Assembly (NCBI GenBank): GCA_965644315.1
Contig: CBFFRQ010000008.1
Coordinates: 1-64,000, forward strand
DNA from: Caecitellus pseudoparvulus
Taxonomy: Eukaryota > Protista > Bigyra: Bicosoecida
Direction of reading: 5' to 3'
Length of the DNA stretch: 64,000 bases
The notes under the pieces were generated by a model. The model did no database searches and was not told where the DNA came from. It was given only the letters and a program-made list of their open reading frames with translations. The stretch's first letter is position 1; each line of letters starts with the position of its first letter. This document shows positions 45,801 to 56,413 of this stretch, in pieces. A program made the translations under genes and the position numbers.

Positions 45801-46495
45801 CTACTTGCCCTCGAAGCCGACTGGCACGCTGCGGGTGCCGTTCACCAGGCTAGCCGGCGGCTTGATGAGCTTCTCAGACACCGTCGCGCCGTCCATGGTG
45901 AAGTGCGCCGCGCCCTCGTCGTCCACGGCAGGGTACACGCCGTCGGCGTTGTGGTCCTCAGTCCCCGCCACAGGCGGGTTGAAGGCGCACACAACGACGA
46001 TGTCCCCCTTCGTGGCGCGCAGGTAGTGCCGCTCCTGGCCGTCCAGCCCGTACATGGTGCCGGGAGCCAGCTTGTGCACGATGCCCTCGCCTTCCTTTTG
46101 GTCGGGGCCCACCAGCTCGATTTCGCCTTCACCGTGCGTGATGAACACGGCCTCTACGTGGTTCTGGTACCAGATGAGGGTGCTGGTGCCTTCCTTCACA
46201 ATGGTCCTGCACAGCGGGGTGCAAGGCGTCGGCACAAGGTGACACTACTTGCTCCGACTTTCCTGCCCGAATTCCGCACTCACCTGTGCATGCTGAACCC
46301 CATGCCGTCCTTGCGGGTCAAGTACCGCTGGGACTGCCATGTGCCCGTTGCTGCGTCCTTCACTCCGCCAGCTGCCTGCACGTCCTCAAAGGTGCGGATG
46401 ATGAAGGTGCGGCTGGCCGCCGGCGTGGCGGCGCGCACGGCAGCCCTGGCTGCTCCCGCGACTCGGCTGCGCACGGCAGTGGCTGCAGACAACAT
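45801..46495 (-). CDS. ectC: Ectoine synthase with presequence
   Basis: Intron 46283-46207. WQSQRYL..DGMGFS, WYQNHVEAV..GEGE, PGTMYGLD..HYLRA and FNPPVAGTEDH..GVYP motifs. Confidence 0.96.
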
Positions 46496-46630
46496 GATGG
46501 GCAGAGGGGTGTGTGTATAAAGTCAGTGGAGAAGGGAGGGTGTGAAAGGTGGGCGGTGGTTTTGCGGTGAAAGTGATGTGGCCGGGGAACACCGACTTGC
46601 GACACGCAGAAGCTGTAGACTCCGTCGGCG

Positions 46631-46652
46631 TGGTGAAGTGCACACTTCACCA
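46631..46652. promoter_or_regulatory. Palindrome TGGTGAAGTG-CA-CACTTCACCA upstream of ectC
   Basis: Perfect 10-bp arms, centred ~146 nt upstream of the ectC ATG. Confidence 0.6.
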
Positions 46653-46741
46653 GCGACAGCTGAGCACGCACAGCCGCGGCGACACAATGATTGCATTATC
46701 AGGCAGCAGCCGCAATTACACTAGCAGTCGGAAATGGGGTT

Positions 46742-48516
46742 TCAAGCCACCATCTCATCGTGCAGTGCAGAGAGAGCTGCCTTTGTGTCAGGCGTCGGCA
46801 CAACGACGCAAAGGTTGTGCTTGGAGTTGGACACGACGGGGGGCACGTACGCCTTGATGCCCTGGTCGGAGAGGCGAGACAGCACTGCCTCGCGAGTGGT
46901 GGCCTCGTCCACCTCGTCGCCCACCAGCACCAGCATAGCGGCGTCCTCCACTGCGCGCACGCCCGTCTGGCTTGCCAGCTCCGCCTCGTCCAGTCGCATG
47001 GAGGACGAGCGCTGCAGCACCGTGGGCAGGGCGGCCTTGGTGATGCTGGTGACGGGGCCAGAGGTGGTGCCGGCATCCGTGATCAGTGTGCCGGGCAGCT
47101 CGGGGCGCAGGGTGTTCTTGACGACAACGGGGATGCCGCGCTGCTGCGCGGGCAGCATGGTGGCGGGGTGCAGCACCTTCTTGCCGAACTGCACCAACTC
47201 ATGGGCTTCGTTGTAAGAGAGGCGGGGAATGGTGGTGTCCACATCTGCATCGTGCACGACGCCTGTGAACCCGTCCTCCCAGTCCGCCATCATGCCGTCT
47301 TCGCCCTTGACGCACTCCACCTTCCACACGACAACTGCTGCGTTGCCCTCCGTGCGTGCCAGGAGAGAAGCCAGGGTGCTGGCGGTCAGGTCGCTGCCGC
47401 CACGGCCAAAGGTGCACACGCTGCCATCTGTGGCCTCAGGGTGGCCCCCGAAGAAGCCAGTGACGCAAGGCACGCCGCGGCCGTCCAGGATGGGGTGCAG
47501 CACGTTCTGGGCCATGTCGCGGGACGCGGCCAGATCGGGCTTGGCATCTGTGTGCACGCCGTCCGTCACGATGACGCGGTCGGCAGGGACGTACTCAGAG
47601 GGCACTCCCAGCATGCGCAGCGTGCCACTCATCACCTGGTTGCTCATGCGCTCGCCAGCTGTGACGATGCCGTCTGAAACACGCCCCTCCAGCTTGCCGG
47701 CTTCGGCGGCTTCCAGGTACAGCCGCCACGTCGCGCCCATGGTGTCGTGCAAGTGGGTCATGCTGGTCTGCAGCTCAGTGGCAGAGCCAGCCATGAGCTC
47801 GCCTGTGGAGGGGGAGGGACAGCGTGCCGTGCCGCGTGCAAGTGGTACGTGTTTACATGCCGGCGGAAAGGGCGGGTATTGAGGAGCGCGCAGGAAAAAG
47901 TTCCGCTCCGCTCAAAGCCCGGCGGGGGGCAGGGTAGAGCACGCACCGATGACGCCCTCGTGCCAGTGCAGGAGGCGGTCATGAGTCTCTTTCAGCTTCT
48001 TCATGTCCCCTGCTTCTGCAGCTTGGCTGCACTGGATGAGGCGGTCTGTGCAGAGGCAGGCGGAACGAGGCGTGTTGGCAAAGTCGGATCAAGCGTTCGG
48101 AACGCTGCCAACCACACACCAGTCACACCGTAGAACGCGGAGAGCACGCCGACAGTCCTGAGAAAACGGATAGGGACAAGCTATGAATAGTTGAGCTTGG
48201 TTTGGGCGGATTTGTTTCACAGATCAGCGCCGCGAAGGCGCCAGCCTGCACGTTCGACTCTGCACACGCACCTTGAGCCGGCATCCCGGTATGCCTTGAG
48301 AAGCCGCCCAACGTTGCGCACAGCAGGCGCGTTGCCCACAGACGAGCCGCCGAACTTCATGACAACTGCGTCCAGCTTGCCCTCTGTTGCAGGCACGGCC
48401 GCCTGCTCAGGCGTTGGGGCGGTCCATGCTGTTGCAAGGGGTCGTCCGCTGGACACGGCTCGGGAGCCAAATTGGTGTGCCACACGGGCAGCGGTGCGAG
48501 ATGCGGAGGTCAACAT
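46742..48516 (-). CDS. ask: Aspartokinase with presequence
   Basis: VMKFGGSSVG, VLSAFYGVTD, GERMS, VTGF, TFGRGGSD, KVLHP and VKNT..PGT motifs. Frame-consistent introns 48271-48158, 48119-48046 and 47946-47803. Confidence 0.93.
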
Positions 48517-48660
48517 GATGAGAAAAGGGATCTTTGTAGTAGGAATGAACTTTGGTGGGTGTTCATGGAGAGAAGAGGTGATGCGGGGGTCCTGTAGCGG
48601 ATGGGGGAAAAGTGACCAACACGGATCACTGCAGCAGCCCAGGGCTGCAGCGCCTGACAT

Positions 48661-48678
48661 GTGAAGTCCACACTTCAC
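48661..48678. promoter_or_regulatory. Palindrome GTGAAGT-CCAC-ACTTCAC upstream of ask
   Basis: 17/18 identical to the ectC motif core; ~153 nt upstream of the ask ATG. Confidence 0.6.
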
Positions 48679-48925
48679 CCCCCCGACACCCCCCCCCACA
48701 CACACAACCCTCGGCTCAACCCTTCACCAGCCTTCTCTTCAAGCACACAAAAGTTCTTGATGGGCAGTGCAACCCCTGCACTCGTGGATGTGCTGGCAGG
48801 GCGCATTTTGACAGGTGCCTCTGCAGTCCCACCATTCGCCACCCTGGATTTGAACCAGACGAAGCAGGCACGGCACTGCAGGCAACCTGACGTCCTTGAA
48901 GGGGTGAAGTAGCCGCCAGCCTGAT

Positions 48926-51879
48926 ATGGACTTCTTGCACAATGCGGGGGCTGGGGCACCTGCCTCCGCCACAGCGTTTGCATCGGTGCGGAGGCTTGTG
49001 GGCGAAAGAGGCGATTTCCGCAGCGCATGCTTTCCCCCGCGCCACCCCACCCTGCCTACAGGACTTTGCCCGCGTAGCCAGTGTGCCTGATGGAGCTGAA
49101 GGTCACAAGGCTCCGGAGGCAGCAGTGCTGCACGCACTGTCTCGGGGCAGCACGGCGGCCAGCACACCCGCGCTGCTCTCCGACAAGGACGCCTGCTCCG
49201 CCACCAGCAAGGCTCTAGCAGGCTGCGTCAAGATGCTGTTCCCCTACTTCGTGGACACAGCCAAGGCCGGCACATTGCAGCTGCTGCAGGCCATCCTTAG
49301 CGGCGCAGCGGCTGGTGCAGGCGGCGTCATTGCCGCACTCCTGCGCCAGCTCCCCGGTGAGTCCACGCCCAGCTCTGGCGCCAGCGTTGACGCACGCCCC
49401 CCTCCCTTCCATGACGGCGCCCCTCCCCTGTGCCACCGCAGTCGGCAGCGCGACCTGTGCCTCCATTCCCTGGTTCCTGCAGCTGACGGACCTGCTCCTG
49501 GGACCTGCCGCTGGCTGGCTGGCGGGCAACGGAAACATGCACGCGCTCTGTGCTGTGGCTGCTCTCGCCATCGCGCGTGTGCTGGGCGAGGCTGGCGTGG
49601 CCCTGCCACCACACTCCACGCCCAAGGCAGACATGGCACCTGCTGCAGCTGCGCTGCGCAACTGCGAGCGCATTGTGGCCGCTGCCGCGGCGGGGCAGGG
49701 CGTCGCCCTGCGCAAGGCAGGCGCTGAGCTGCTGCGCCTGGCGTCAGCGGCTGCACCCCACCTGCCCTCCGCTGCGGCGCTGTGGGACACCCTCAGTGCA
49801 GATGGCGTGGCGGGCCATGCCCTGCTGCCTGTGCGCGTACACCGCACCCTCATGAACTGCCGTGTGCCGCCTGAGGTGGAGCAGGGCACCAATCACTTGC
49901 TGGCCAAATGCCCCGCCAAGGCTGGCTCCACGCAGAGTACCATGCTGGCCGAGTGGCGGGAGACGCTGCGGCGGTGTGCGTGGGGTGGCGCGCCTCTCAC
50001 GCCCTGCCTCGTGGCGCTGGCGAGGTACATCCTGACCGTCATTCGCCCCTCCGCCGCCCAGATCCGCTCTCCCTTCCTGCAGCGCTGGCAGCTCCTGCCA
50101 GAGTTGTGGCAAGCAGCGCCATCGCCGGATGGAGGGCGGGAGGTGCTGCAGGCACTGCTGTGGGACTGGGCCACCTTCAATGACGATGCCAGGATCATGC
50201 AGGTGGAGCCCGTGGCACTGGCAGTGGGGGCGGCATCCGCCAGCTCTGAAGCACCAGCGCCTGGGCCACGAGCTGGCCCAGACGCTGCCACCGCCATCTT
50301 GCAGTGCCTTGCGGACATGGTGTCACAGCCAGGCTGCTTTCAAGGGGCAGAGCCGGCGGTGGTCGCCTCTGGCGTGGCGTCGGCCCTGGGCTCGTGCGTT
50401 TCCCTGCGTGTGCTGCCAGGCCTGCAGGCTTGGGTACCAGCCCTGGAACAGGCGCCTGAACACGCTGCTCGCTTGCGGGAGGCGCTGCCAGACACGCTGG
50501 GTGGAGTTGTGGCAGCCCCTGTGACACGGATGAAGCGCACCAGGGACGGCGAACCCGTGACTCCCTCGAGCACTCCCCACTCTTCCGGCACCCCCTCCTC
50601 GCCCGATTCAGAGCTGGGACCAGGCTCTCCACACACCACCGCAACCCCTGTCGCGGACACAGTGGCTTCCTGGGGCTCCAGTGTCTTGAGCACGCTGCAG
50701 GGCGCGGCGGTGCTGTCCACGGGGGCCACCCACACAAGCTCTGAGGAGCTGGTGCTGCCCATGGCCACGGCCTGCTCTGGCCACGTCTTGGTGGAGGCCC
50801 TCACACCTGCTCTGACCAGCATTCTTGAGGGTGGTGGCGATGACGCCCCAGCCACCCTGCCCCAGCGCGTCCGAGCCGTCGCTGAGCCGCTGGCTGAGGC
50901 GGTCGGGCCGTGGGTGTGGGACGCGGTGGGCGTGGGAGCCCTTCTCGCCTCCACCACCACCTCTTCCTCCACCACCCTCACTGCCCTGCACACAGAGACA
51001 CTGCCCAAGGCTGCCCTCCTCCTCCTCGCGCTTGTGGACACCCTGCTCCACTCCAAGGCGGGCTCATCTGGGGCCGAGGGAGGGGGCGGGGGGGACACAC
51101 ACCCCCTCGCCCAGACAGCAGCTGCACTGCTGCACGCAGTGGACGGCTTGGCAACGCTAGACCAAGTCATGCCGCACTTCCAGGAGGCTGAGGAGGGGGA
51201 GCACACGAGCAACGGCGGGGTGGTGGCCCTGCTATGCCTGGGCGCCGCCACCATCCCTGCCCACAGGCCCGCTGCGCCCACCATGCTGGCCCTGGCTGCT
51301 CAGGGCGACCTGGCCGAGTGGCTGGAGTCTGCTGCAGGGGCTGCCGACGCGCTGGACGTCGTGGGGGAGCTGGGCGGCGGCACCCCCCGCATTGCCGAGT
51401 GGTTCACGGAGGTTGCGCTGCCCACTCTGCTCCCGGCAGACCTGCTGACAGCCGACCCCCCCAGTCCCCTCACCTGCGCCGTCGCTGGGCGTGGTTGGTG
51501 GCTCACGCACGTCGCCATGCACACTAGTGCCTGGCGGCTGCCCCAGCTCACCCACCCATCCGCGCCAGCCCCCGGCAAGTCCACCCCCCTCCCGCTCCTG
51601 GCGCTGTCCCTACTGCACTGCCCCGCCGCCCTAGACACTGCCAGCCTCAGCGCCGCAACAAATGCCCTCGTGGGCGCCTTGAGTCCCTCCAGTGGGCACG
51701 CCTTGGGGCAGTTGCCCGGCCCCGCTGCCTTCAACCTTCTCCTGCGGTGGTTGCTGCTGCTGAAGGGGCTAGGAGTGCCTGCTGAAGCTTGGGCCGGCAT
51801 CACGCAGCTGGCACAGGGGTCGGAGGAGACACCTGCAGCGGTGGCAGCTGCTTCCTTGTCCACCATGGGCCTGCTGTAG
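48926..51879 (+). CDS. Integrator subunit 3-like protein (spliced; start uncertain)
   Basis: RYILTVIRPS..IRS..QRW and ALLWDWATF..IMQVEP resemble the INTS3 N-terminal domain. Confidence 0.65.
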
Positions 51880-51893
51880 GGCAGCCAATGCAT

Positions 51894-53789
51894 TCATGCC
51901 ACCTCCACGCCCAGCTCCAGCGCCAGTGCCTCCGCGTCAACCCTCGCATACCCGTCCTCTGCCGTACCCACCGGCGCCCTGCCCAGCTCCTGCAACACCT
52001 CCTGCAGGGCCTGCTTGGCACCTGCACGATCAGAAGTCGCAAGGCGGGCCTTCGCCAGCCAGTACCCATTCAGAGGCCACACACGCCGTGTGAGCAGGGC
52101 ACGGCAGGGCTCCCCTGCGCTTTGCTCCCACTGCGTATCGCCCAGCACGCGCTGTCCGAAACGCAGCACGCTGCCCAGGTCACGCAGTGGAGGGGGCGCG
52201 TCAGCTGCCCGGGACAGCCACCCCAGTGCCTCGGCGGCGGTGGCTTCAGGCAGGGCGCCGTACAGAGCCGCCGCGCCGCTGCGCTCCACCCAGCTGAGGC
52301 TTGCCAGAGCATGAGCCCACCGGCCCAGCATGTGGTAGGCCTCTGGGTCCCGAGGGGGGGAACTTGGCACCGCCATGCCGGGCGTCCAGACCTCTTCCCC
52401 CCCCGCCTGGATGGCATCCACCAGGTGCTGCTTAAAACGCGGCGCGAACTGCACCACCGCCCCCTGCCCGTCCAACGTCGCCAACTGGTTCCCAATCAGC
52501 GCCGCCATCTTGTGCCCCAGCGCATGGCGCCCCGCAGCACTGGCCAGCGCAGCGTCCGCAGCCACTTGTCCCCGTGTCAGCCACTCAGTCGCCTGCACTG
52601 GCCCCAGCTCCACCGCCTCCGCGCCTGGAACAGGCGGGCACTCGCCCTCAGGCACCGGCCCGATCCAGCTACAAGCCAACAGTGCAGCCACATCTGCATC
52701 ACCCATGCCTCGAGGTGTGTGCTGTAGCAGTGGCGTGGCCAGTGCAGCTCCCAGCAGGGCAGGCGGCACCGGCGACGCGACAGAGTCTCGCGGCACGCCC
52801 CACTTGGTCAGCTCAGCGCCATCACACACCACCCTGCGGAAGCACACGCGCGCCAGTGCTGCATGCAGGTCCGCGATGCCAGGAGCTGCGGGGTCCAGCA
52901 CACGCAGCGCCACCTCACACGCCTGACGTGCCTCGCCTGCGTGGTTGGCCGCCCCCAGCACATCCACCACCTGCACCGCCTCCATCACTCGCACGCTTTG
53001 AATCGGGGCCCCTGCAGCTGCCCCACCTCCCCCTTCAGCACTCGGCGCCGTCACCCGCGATGCGTCAGGCGAGGGGCTCCGTGGGGGGCTGCTTGTGGTG
53101 GTGGCCTGGGCGGCGGGCGCCGCCTCCACGCCACTCGCTCCAACGCCCGAGAGTGCCTCTTCCGGGGTACTCGGGACAGCGGCAAGGCGGTTCGCGTCAG
53201 AGTCTGTACTTTCCACGCAAGGGGTGCCTCGCGGCCCTGTTGGGCGGTGTGTGAACAGAGCCCTGGCCGCGCTAAGAGCGCCCACGCCGCTCACAGACAG
53301 CACGACGGTGGCCAGAACCAGGCAGGCATTGCGCGGCAGGGCCACAGAGAATTTGACTGTGCCGCCCACTTCTGTGCTCAAGGCTTCGTAGCCCACGAAG
53401 GAGCTCATCAACGCCAGCCCTCCGAGCATGAGCACGGCAAACGCTGCGTCTGGCGCCAGCCCGACGACTTGCTCGCCAGCACCAGCGCCTGGCGTGTGGG
53501 GGCCGCTGGATCCCCGGGAGCAGCAGGACACGCCCGACTGGAAGTGCACATCAGGGCATATGATGCAGCCACTGCGCTTGGAAAAGGTGGGCCCTTGAGG
53601 CATGGGCTGCGGAGCGGATGAAGCCTCGGCAGCTGGCGTGGTGGCAGCAGATTCCGCACTCTCGAAGGCCACAATGCGAGCCTGCAAGGACTGGATGCGC
53701 TGCTGCACAGCGGAGTTCAGAGCTTCCAGCTCGTCAAATGAAGTCTCATCTTCAAAGTCTGCAGTCACCCCTTTTGTTGGGGAAGCCAT
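51894..53789 (-). CDS. RMDN/FAM82-like TPR protein with N-terminal hydrophobic segments
   Basis: YHMLGRWAHALASLSWVER..AAALYGALP..EAL motif. Confidence 0.7.
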   Translation of the reverse strand: MASPTKGVTADFEDETSFDELEALNSAVQQRIQSLQARIVAFESAESAATTPAAEASSAPQPMPQGPTFSKRSGCIICPDVHFQSGVSCCSRGSSGPHTPGAGAGEQVVGLAPDAAFAVLMLGGLALMSSFVGYEALSTEVGGTVKFSVALPRNACLVLATVVLSVSGVGALSAARALFTHRPTGPRGTPCVESTDSDANRLAAVPSTPEEALSGVGASGVEAAPAAQATTTSSPPRSPSPDASRVTAPSAEGGGGAAAGAPIQSVRVMEAVQVVDVLGAANHAGEARQACEVALRVLDPAAPGIADLHAALARVCFRRVVCDGAELTKWGVPRDSVASPVPPALLGAALATPLLQHTPRGMGDADVAALLACSWIGPVPEGECPPVPGAEAVELGPVQATEWLTRGQVAADAALASAAGRHALGHKMAALIGNQLATLDGQGAVVQFAPRFKQHLVDAIQAGGEEVWTPGMAVPSSPPRDPEAYHMLGRWAHALASLSWVERSGAAALYGALPEATAAEALGWLSRAADAPPPLRDLGSVLRFGQRVLGDTQWEQSAGEPCRALLTRRVWPLNGYWLAKARLATSDRAGAKQALQEVLQELGRAPVGTAEDGYARVDAEALALELGVEVA

Positions 53790-54090
53790 CGCGGGTGCCC
53801 CTCGTCGAATGGCGAACGAAGCACCCTCAGCTCGCAGCAATGCCCCAACTACTGCTCAGCTGATGAAAACTGAGGACAGCAACGACCCTCTCCGAATTGA
53901 ATATTCCAAAGAATTCCTTCGCGGTGCACTATGCAAGCACATGTTGATTGTTGCTGCCTCAAGCAGTCTGTGCCGCGGTGGCAAATTCTCCTCATCATCA
54001 CACGCTGACTTCCTGCCAACCTCCTCAAATCTAACCAATCTGCTGCAAGCCCATCGATGTGAGTGGACCTCGGCCAACCTAGTTGGCACG

Positions 54091-54962
54091 TGATGAGCGC
54101 CTTGCCCGCCGGCAGCTGCAGCGCACCGCCACGTCGCCTCCAACAACGCTCAACGCAGGCTCAAGCTCATCAGAACCCTTTCACTGCGCCTGTCCACATG
54201 GCGACTGCACATACACCGACAGGGATCGGCGCGCAGCTGAAGCCTTTTGGCAGCATCATGACAGCGAAGGAGTTTCGAGACCAGCGCAACGCGCGTGCGG
54301 CTGCTGCACTGCAGCAGCCGACGAGCACGCTGCAAAGCACGACTGGCGCGCACAAAACCAAGCCTCAGACCTCAGGAACAGTAGGAGGAGTGCATCGAGT
54401 TGGCGCCAACCTTCCGACCAGCCACTGTCTTGTAAGCGCCCTGGGTAAAGCCAAGGCTGGCTTTGCAACGCAGCAAGTCAACGCAAACGCCGTTGCCACG
54501 CTGCGGATGCAAGACGTGCAACCCGCTGCGACAGAGGGGCGACAGCACTCCCTCTTGCAAGACATGGACGAAATGTCACCTTCCTCACCGTCAACTCCGT
54601 CGGGCAGTCTGGGGACAGAGTCCCAGCCCACACCCGACACTGTGCTAGCTCACGGCACGCCTCAAACCAACTGCACTGCAGCAAGCGGGGAGGTACCTGC
54701 CGCTGAGCTCGCTACCAGTCCCGTGTCCGTCGCAGCCTCCTCTGCGGACTTGGCCCGCAGCATGGGCCTGGTGTCCCCGATCACCAATCGCCTGCAGTTC
54801 AACTCTCCTCGCACGCAGCACGTTGCCCAAATGCGGCTGGCGCGCGCCCGCACAGCCCCGAACCCAACTCTCAAACACGAGCCCGTGCGAGCACCAGCAT
54901 CATCCTTCAAGCGCTGGTTCCTGTGGCTGCCCTGCTGCAGCCGCCGTAGAAAGGAAAACTAA
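54091..54962 (+). CDS. Hypothetical protein
   Basis: Ser/Thr-rich ORF ending WFLWLPCCSRRRKEN; the stop overlaps the AATGCATT motif. Start uncertain. Confidence 0.5.
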
Positions 54963-55096
54963 TGCATTGCAGACTCCAGGCATACGGTGAGCGCAGCGTC
55001 ACAGCCCCTACCTTGCCGCGCCCTTCCCTCTTGCCACAGGGGCTGTGATGGGCACCACGACGAACTCCTTGCCTGTGGCGCAGCGGTGTGCAGAGG

Positions 55097-55810
55097 CTAT
55101 TGGGTGCAGAGCGCAAGGCATGCAGCGGGCGCACGGCAGCACGCACCGTCTGGGTCCAGCGTGAGCGTGGCGGTGGAGCCGCCTTTGGACCCCGGTGTCA
55201 CTTCAATGCATGCGTCCACCCCATGCGGCAGGGTAAACCGATACGCCGCCCCAGGCTTGTCGCCCTCCAGGAAGTCCGCCATCAGCTCGCCGTTCTCCAA
55301 GGACAGCATGCGGTCGTCCACCCACACCTCTAGGCTGCTGTGGTCAAACTCCACCAGATGCCGCACGGGCGGGCCACTGCCCTCGTCCTTCCCTTCGGAC
55401 TTGCCTTCGCCGTGGCCAGCAGAGTCGCGTGCCGCGCTTGCAGGCAACACAGTTGGCGGCAAGTCCCACACCGTCATATCCACAGCCCGGCCTGTCCCCG
55501 CCCCGACGCTCTTGTTGTTGATGTACAAAGTGTACTTCAGCCCGATCACACCTGAGACGCAGTCGGCCGCGGCAAGCGGTGAGCTGGCTCATGCAACACT
55601 CGCCTGCCTGCCAACGCACCATCGGCCTGGATGACCACCTTGCCCACAGAGCGGGCCGAGTCGCCAAACTCAAAGGACACTTCTCCAATGAGCTCATACT
55701 TCCATCCCGAGTGAAAGATCCGCTCTCCGTCCAGCCAGAGAGTCTGCGGTCCGCAGCAAAGGCGTGGTGGTTCGATTTCCGCACTGCTTCGTGACAAGCA
55801 AGCCCTGCTG
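55097..55810 (-). CDS. FAIM1-like beta-sandwich protein (spliced; ends uncertain)
   Basis: LWLDGERIF..WKYELIG..F, KYTLYINNKS and LEVWVD motifs recall Fas apoptotic inhibitory molecule. Confidence 0.45.
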
Positions 55811-56413
55811 CTGCCCACGCACCTGCCGCCCAGTCAGGGAATTGTGATGAAAAGCAACTTCACACCTGTGCAATGGGTTTGAGAAGGGGGGTATATAGAG
55901 CGCAAACGGTCCGTCTACCGCGCCAGGTCACACACTTCTTGCCGCTCACGGGCACCTTCCACACTTGCGTCGCAAGCTGCCCACCGCTTTGGGCCGCCAT
56001 GAGCCACACACAAATGACTGACACAGTAGCACTGCCGTGACCTATAACAAACCTCCATTTGCGGTATCTGAGTTCGATTTTCTACCACGGAACCTCAAGT
56101 GTCGGCGCTCAAGCACTGCAACGATGGAGCCAAAGCGTCACACGCAAAGTGCGAAAAGAGGAGGGGCAGAATCCATTCTCAAACACAGTGAAGGTGCACA
56201 CCTCGCCTAATATCATGAGCACTCGCAGGCTGGTGTAGTCCAGAGGGTGCTGTCTTCGTTCCGAAACCCCGTTCGCTAAGCGGTTCAAGTCTACGCGATA
56301 CAAGCCACGCGCCCCGAAAGGGCACAGCCCAGGTCGCCACCTCAGCACAACCACAATGAACAAAGTCACACACCCCCATTGATTGTACGTGTGTGTGGCT
56401 CACAGTTTGGCCT

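Noticed and set aside
46633-46650. Palindrome read as a canonical heat-shock element
   Set aside because: The GAA-N8-TTC spacing does not fit the 5-bp nGAAn periodicity.
35714-48516. Ectoine genes as bacterial contamination or a prokaryotic operon
   Set aside because: Every gene has GT-AG introns that restore conserved motifs and an N-terminal extension, and eukaryotic genes are interleaved.
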